Source: Deltaproteobacteria bacterium
Lineage (GTDB): Bacteria > Myxococcota_A > Polyangia > Polyangiales > Houyiibacteriaceae
Direction of reading: 5' to 3'
Assembly: GCA_034670305.1 (NCBI GenBank)
Contig: JAXMNT010000040.1
Location: forward strand, 12,480 to 76,479
DNA length: 64,000 nt
Position numbers and translations under genes: made by a program. The notes under the pieces are model-generated. The model saw only the letters and a list, made by a program, of their open reading frames with translations, was not told where the DNA came from and ran no database searches. The first letter of the stretch is position 1; the number at the start of each line of letters is the position of its first letter. Shown piece by piece: positions 58,963-64,000 of this stretch.

Positions 58963-59331
58963 CTAGATCACTTCCGGCGCAAGCGAGACGATCTTCATGA
59001 ACTTGCGCGCGCGGAGCTCGCGAGCGACCGGTCCGAAAATACGGGTTCCGATCGGCTCGTTCTCCTTGTTGATGAGAACGGCGCTGTTCGTGTCGAACTT
59101 GATGTACGTGCCATCGGGGCGTCGGTACTCGCGGCGCGTCCGTACGATCACGGCGCGGGCGACTTCACCCTTTTTGACGCGTGCCGTCGGCAGCGCTTCT
59201 TTGATGGACACGACGATGACATCGCCGAGTCCTGCGTAGCGGCGGCGCGAACCGCCGAGCACCTTGATGCAAGCCACTTTTTTGGCGCCGCTGTTGTCAG
59301 CGACATCGAGGACCGATTCAACCTGGATCAC
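58963..59331 (-). CDS. rplN: 50S ribosomal protein L14
   Basis: VADNSGAK and [13 protein letters not shown]. Confidence 0.98.
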   Translation of the reverse strand: MIQVESVLDVADNSGAKKVACIKVLGGSRRRYAGLGDVIVVSIKEALPTARVKKGEVARAVIVRTRREYRRPDGTYIKFDTNSAVLINKENEPIGTRIFGPVARELRARKFMKIVSLAPEVI

Positions 59332-59332
59332 G

Positions 59333-59647
59333 TCACACCTCCGGCGGACGCTCGAGGAGTCGTGTGACCACCCAGCGCTTCGTCTTGGACATCGGTCGAC
59401 AGCTCTTGATCTCGACCAGGTCCCGCGTGCGGTACTCCTCGGTCTCGTCGTGAGCGTGGTACTTCTTTTTCTTCTTCACGTACTTGCCGTAGAAGGGATC
59501 GCGCGTGCGGCGGATGACTTCCACCACGATGGTCTTTTTCGCGCGCCCTTCGGCGGACGTATCGTTCACGACCCGACCAACGAGCTTGCGGTCGTGACCG
59601 CGCTCGGTGACCTTCTTGGGGGTCGCTTGGGCTGTTTCCTCGGACAT
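59333..59647 (-). CDS. rpsQ: 30S ribosomal protein S17
   Basis: KTIVV, YGK, AHDE and RPMSKTKRW. Confidence 0.95.
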   Translation of the reverse strand: MSEETAQATPKKVTERGHDRKLVGRVVNDTSAEGRAKKTIVVEVIRRTRDPFYGKYVKKKKKYHAHDETEEYRTRDLVEIKSCRPMSKTKRWVVTRLLERPPEV

Positions 59648-59652
59648 CGTCT

Positions 59653-59853
59653 TCAGGCCTTCTTCGCGCTGGCGCGCTCGGTGAGGATCGTCTTCACGCG
59701 CGCAAGATCCTTACGGATCCCGCCAATCGTGCTCGTGTTGTCGAGCTGGTTCGTGTGGTTGTCGAAGCGGGCCTTCCAAAGCTTGCGCTCCAGGTCAGAG
59801 ACCAGGGTGCCGAGCTCTTCGTCGGTCTGCTCGCGAATTTCGGACGCCTTCAC
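59653..59853 (-). CDS. rpmC: 50S ribosomal protein L29
   Basis: MKASEIRE and [10 protein letters not shown]. Confidence 0.95.
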   Translation of the reverse strand: MKASEIREQTDEELGTLVSDLERKLWKARFDNHTNQLDNTSTIGGIRKDLARVKTILTERASAKKA

Positions 59854-60266
59854 AGCTGATCACTCCGCTTCAGGAACTGAGTGGCGACGGACAACTTGTG
59901 ACCGGCGACACGGAACGCCTCTCGGGCGAGTTCTTCCGGAATGCCCTCGATCTCGTAGAGGACCTTGCCGGGTTTGACGACCGCGACCCAACCCTCGACG
60001 GGGCCCTTGCCCTTGCCCTGACGGGTTTCGAGCGGCTTCTTCGTGAGGGGTTTGTCCGGGAAGACTCGGATGTAGAGCTTGCCAGCGCGCTTGACCTTGC
60101 GCTGGATCGCCATTCGAGCGGACTCGATCTGGCGTGCGCTCAGCCGACCGCGGTCGGTGCACTGGAGTGCGTAGTCTCCGAAGGAGACGTCGCTGCCGCG
60201 ATGCGCTTGACCGCGCATGCGGCCCTTCATCTGCTTGCGGTACTTGGTTCGTTTCGGTTGAAGCAT
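59850..60266 (-). CDS. rplP: 50S ribosomal protein L16
   Basis: [11 protein letters not shown] and [10 protein letters not shown]...GKGKG. Confidence 0.98.
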   Translation of the reverse strand: MLQPKRTKYRKQMKGRMRGQAHRGSDVSFGDYALQCTDRGRLSARQIESARMAIQRKVKRAGKLYIRVFPDKPLTKKPLETRQGKGKGPVEGWVAVVKPGKVLYEIEGIPEELAREAFRVAGHKLSVATQFLKRSDQL

Positions 60267-60282
60267 GGTCTTGTCTCAGCGC

Positions 60283-60945
60283 CTAGCGGCGGGCCTGGGC
60301 GGCGGGCCGACGTTGGGAGGGACTGACTTCGCCCTTGAAGATCCAACACTTGATGCCGACGGTGCCGGCAGTGGTCTTCGCGATGCAGAAGCCGTAGTCG
60401 ATGTCTGCGCGGAGCGTGTGAAGCGGGACGCGGCCTTCGCGGTACCACTCGGTCCGAGCGATTTCGGCACCACCGAGGCGGCCACCGGCCTCCACGCGGA
60501 TGCCCTTGACGCCAAGCTTCATGGCGGTCGAGACCGCCTTCTTCATGGCGCGGCGGAACGCGACGCGGCGCTCGAGCTGCGTGGCGATGCGCTCGGCCAC
60601 GAGCTGGGCGTTCGTGTCGGCCTTGCGCACTTCCTGAATGTCCGGCGGCATGAGGTTGCTCTTGGTGAGCTTGCCGAGGTCCTTCTGGAGTTGCTCCACG
60701 CCGGAGCCACGCTTGCCGATGATGATGCCCGGGCGGGACGTGTAGATGATCACACGCAGGTTGTTCGCGGCGCGCTCGATCTCGATGTCGGCGATCTCGG
60801 CGTGCGCGTACTTCTTGCGGATCTTGCGCTTGAGGGCGAGGTCCTCGTGGAGCCAGGCCGCGTAGTTGCGGTCCTCGTACCACTTGGACTTCCAAGGCTT
60901 GATGACGCCGAGGCGGAACCCGTAGGGGTGTGTCTTCTGTCCCAT
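60283..60945 (-). CDS. rpsC: 30S ribosomal protein S3
   Basis: [23 protein letters not shown] and [11 protein letters not shown]. Confidence 0.98.
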   Translation of the reverse strand: MGQKTHPYGFRLGVIKPWKSKWYEDRNYAAWLHEDLALKRKIRKKYAHAEIADIEIERAANNLRVIIYTSRPGIIIGKRGSGVEQLQKDLGKLTKSNLMPPDIQEVRKADTNAQLVAERIATQLERRVAFRRAMKKAVSTAMKLGVKGIRVEAGGRLGGAEIARTEWYREGRVPLHTLRADIDYGFCIAKTTAGTVGIKCWIFKGEVSPSQRRPAAQARR

Positions 60946-60946
60946 T

Positions 60947-61291
60947 TCAGTCTTCCTCACCCACGACGATCGTGATGTGACTCATGCCTTTCACGATGCG
61001 GGTGGCTCGGCCCATCGCGCGGGGCCGGTAGCGACGCATGTGTTGGTTCGGTGCTTGGTCGACGAACGCGGTCTTCACGACGAGCGCGTCGAGGTCGACG
61101 CCAGCGTCCTTCTCTTTCGCGTTCGCGATGGCGCTGTCGAGCACCTTCGAGATGATCTTCGCAGCGGCCTTCTGGGTGAAGCGCAGCTGATCGATCGCCG
61201 TGGCGACGTTCTTGCCGCGGATCATGTTCACGACAACGCGCGCCTTGCGGGGCGAGATGCGTTGAAATCGTGCTTTGGCGATGGCTTCCAT
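60947..61291 (-). CDS. rplV: 50S ribosomal protein L22
   Basis: ISPRKAR, SAIANA and PRAMGRA. Confidence 0.97.
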   Translation of the reverse strand: MEAIAKARFQRISPRKARVVVNMIRGKNVATAIDQLRFTQKAAAKIISKVLDSAIANAKEKDAGVDLDALVVKTAFVDQAPNQHMRRYRPRAMGRATRIVKGMSHITIVVGEED

Positions 61292-61444
61292 GGTGGTTCC
61301 TGCTGGTCCTTTAGGGTCCGGTGACGTCCGGTTCGAAGCAGTGAGTGGCTGCGTGAACTCCCCGTGCGGACCAGGCCCCACCCCGGAAAGGGGCGGTTGG
61401 CTCGAAAACCACGATAAACACGCGGGTTCGGCCAAAGGGCACGC

Positions 61445-61472
61445 GATCTAGCACGAGGTTGCCGGGTTTCAA
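61445..61472 (-). promoter_or_regulatory. Possible internal promoter between rpsS and rplV
   Basis: Minus-strand TTGAAA-N16-TAGATC with TG-n extension, inside a 222 bp gap. Confidence 0.4.
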
Positions 61473-61513
61473 GGGACTGAGCCACACAACCCGACGATTC
61501 ACGCAAATGCTCT

Positions 61514-61788
61514 CTACTTCTTACCCTTCTTGTCCGCCTGGTGACCGTGGAAGGTCCGCGTCGGCGCAAATTCGCCGAGTTTGTGACCCACCATGTTCTC
61601 GGTGACGAAGACGGTGATGAACTTGTGGCCGTTGTGGACGGCGAACGTGAGCCCGATGAAATCGGGGGTGATGGTCGAACGACGCGACCACGTGCGGATC
61701 ATCTTCTTGTCGCCAGCGGCGACGGCCTTGTCGACCTTCTCCACCAGGTGGAGGTCGATGAAGGGACCCTTCTTGATTGAACGTGCCA

Positions 61789-61789
<1 letters not shown>
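61514..61789 (-). CDS. rpsS: 30S ribosomal protein S19
   Basis: [10 protein letters not shown] and [11 protein letters not shown]. Confidence 0.98.
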
Positions 61790-62616
<827 letters not shown>

Positions 62617-62619
62617 GGA

Positions 62620-62910
62620 TCAGGCTCCTTCAAAGAAGTCGATCGAGTCGTCCGAGGACAACGTGACGATCGCTTTCTTCCAGTTGCGTCGCTTCAGTCG
62701 GCGACGACCCATACGCTTGGGCTTGCCCCGAACGATGAGCGTGTTCACGTCGAGCACGGTGACGTCGAAGAGTTCTTCGACGGCCCTGCGGATCTCGACT
62801 TTGTTGGCGCGCAGGTCGACTTCGAACATGTACTTGTTCAGGTCGTCGCGCTGGGTGCTGCCCTTCTCCGTGAGGATGATGGGGCGTTTGATGATGTCTA
62901 CGATCTGCAC
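62620..62910 (-). CDS. rplW: 50S ribosomal protein L23
   Basis: TEK, ANKVEI and WKKAIVTL. Confidence 0.96.
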   Translation of the reverse strand: MQIVDIIKRPIILTEKGSTQRDDLNKYMFEVDLRANKVEIRRAVEELFDVTVLDVNTLIVRGKPKRMGRRRLKRRNWKKAIVTLSSDDSIDFFEGA

Positions 62911-62921
62911 GGTCTCGGGCC

Positions 62922-63545
62922 TTACTTGCTGCAGCGCGCTTCGAGCGCTTTGGCCGCCTCTTTCGTCAGCACCAGGTGCTCGTGACGAAGGAGGTCGTAG
63001 AGGTTGACGCCCTCGGGGGGGAGGACGACGTGCGAGGGGAGGTTGCGTGCGCTCAGGCGGAGCTTTTCGTTGCCTGAGTCCACGATCATCGCACTGGTTT
63101 CGACCTCGAGCTTGGCCAGCACGCTGGCGAGCTTCTTGGTCTTGATCTCATCGAGCTCGAAGGCATCGACGACGGTCAGCTGTCCCTGCGCGAGCTTGAG
63201 CGAGAGGGCGCTGCGAAGCGCACCCACGCGCATCTTGCGCGGCGGACGGTAAGCGTAGCTGCGGGGGGTGGGTCCATGGACCACGCCGCCGCCCTTGTGC
63301 TGCGGTGCGCCGATCGAGCCCTGGCGTGCGTTGCCGGTGCCCTTCTGGCGGAACAGCTTCTTGCTGGACGCCTGCACGTCCGCCCGACCCTTGGTCGCTG
63401 CGCTGCCCTGCCGTTTGGAAGCAAGCTGCGCCTTGAGCACCTCGTAGAGGAGCCCTTCGTTGACCTCGCAGCCGAAGACGTCGTCGGAGAGTTCGATCTC
63501 TCCGACGCTCTTGCGGTCGAGGTTGTACACGTTGGTTTTCGCCAT
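62922..63545 (-). CDS. rplD: 50S ribosomal protein L4
   Basis: [11 protein letters not shown] and [11 protein letters not shown] at 63545. Confidence 0.97.
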   Translation of the reverse strand: MAKTNVYNLDRKSVGEIELSDDVFGCEVNEGLLYEVLKAQLASKRQGSAATKGRADVQASSKKLFRQKGTGNARQGSIGAPQHKGGGVVHGPTPRSYAYRPPRKMRVGALRSALSLKLAQGQLTVVDAFELDEIKTKKLASVLAKLEVETSAMIVDSGNEKLRLSARNLPSHVVLPPEGVNLYDLLRHEHLVLTKEAAKALEARCSK

Positions 63546-63555
63546 CTTGATGCCC

Positions 63556-63858
<303 letters not shown>

Positions 63859-63869
63859 GTGTTGGTCTC

Positions 63870-64000
63870 TTATTCGATGATCTTCGCGACGACGCCGGCA
63901 CCGACCGTGCGGCCGCCTTCGCGGATGGCGAAGCGCTGCTTCTCTTCCATCGCGACGGTGGTGATGAGCGTGACGACCATCTTCACGTTGTCGCCCGGCA
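63870..64000 (-). CDS. tuf: Elongation factor Tu, 3' end (partial)
   Basis: Hand translation ...[42 protein letters not shown] then TAA. Confidence 0.96.
   Translation of the reverse strand, partial: PGDNVKMVVTLITTVAMEEKQRFAIREGGRTVGAGVVAKIIE

Noticed and set aside
61360-61405. SRP RNA or other known ncRNA in the rpsS-rplV gap
   Set aside because: CCAGG...GGAAAGG only superficially resembles the SRP loop; the AGCAG element is missing.

Overview
High-GC bacterial chromosomal segment whose gene style (many lipoproteins with DAG-rich linkers, a Hanks-type kinase, PEGA and HEAT proteins) suggests Myxococcota, probably Polyangia (inference). Bases 1-50,200 are mixed accessory and housekeeping genes: GH3 beta-glucosidase, PL1-like lyase, NhaR-type LysR, two MscS, DUF432, CorA, a DAG-kinase-family protein, a degenerate HD-GYP/Ser-Thr kinase operon, an M19-like amidohydrolase, an SseB protein with (QSSPGT)10 repeats, a translationally coupled aminotransferase-luxE-luxC operon without luxAB, an orphan T3SS-needle-like gene, a divergent folE, ribA, prfA, acyP and a POT-type MFS transporter. 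Bases 50,490-64,000 are the minus-strand tuf-S10-spc-alpha ribosomal cluster. It lacks rplC, rpsN, map, rpmJ and rpsD, carries a strongly diverged infA, and has two long non-coding inserts. Several intergenic tandem repeats are present. No rRNA, tRNA, CRISPR array or transposase was recognised. Family calls come from motifs recognised by eye, not from database searches.
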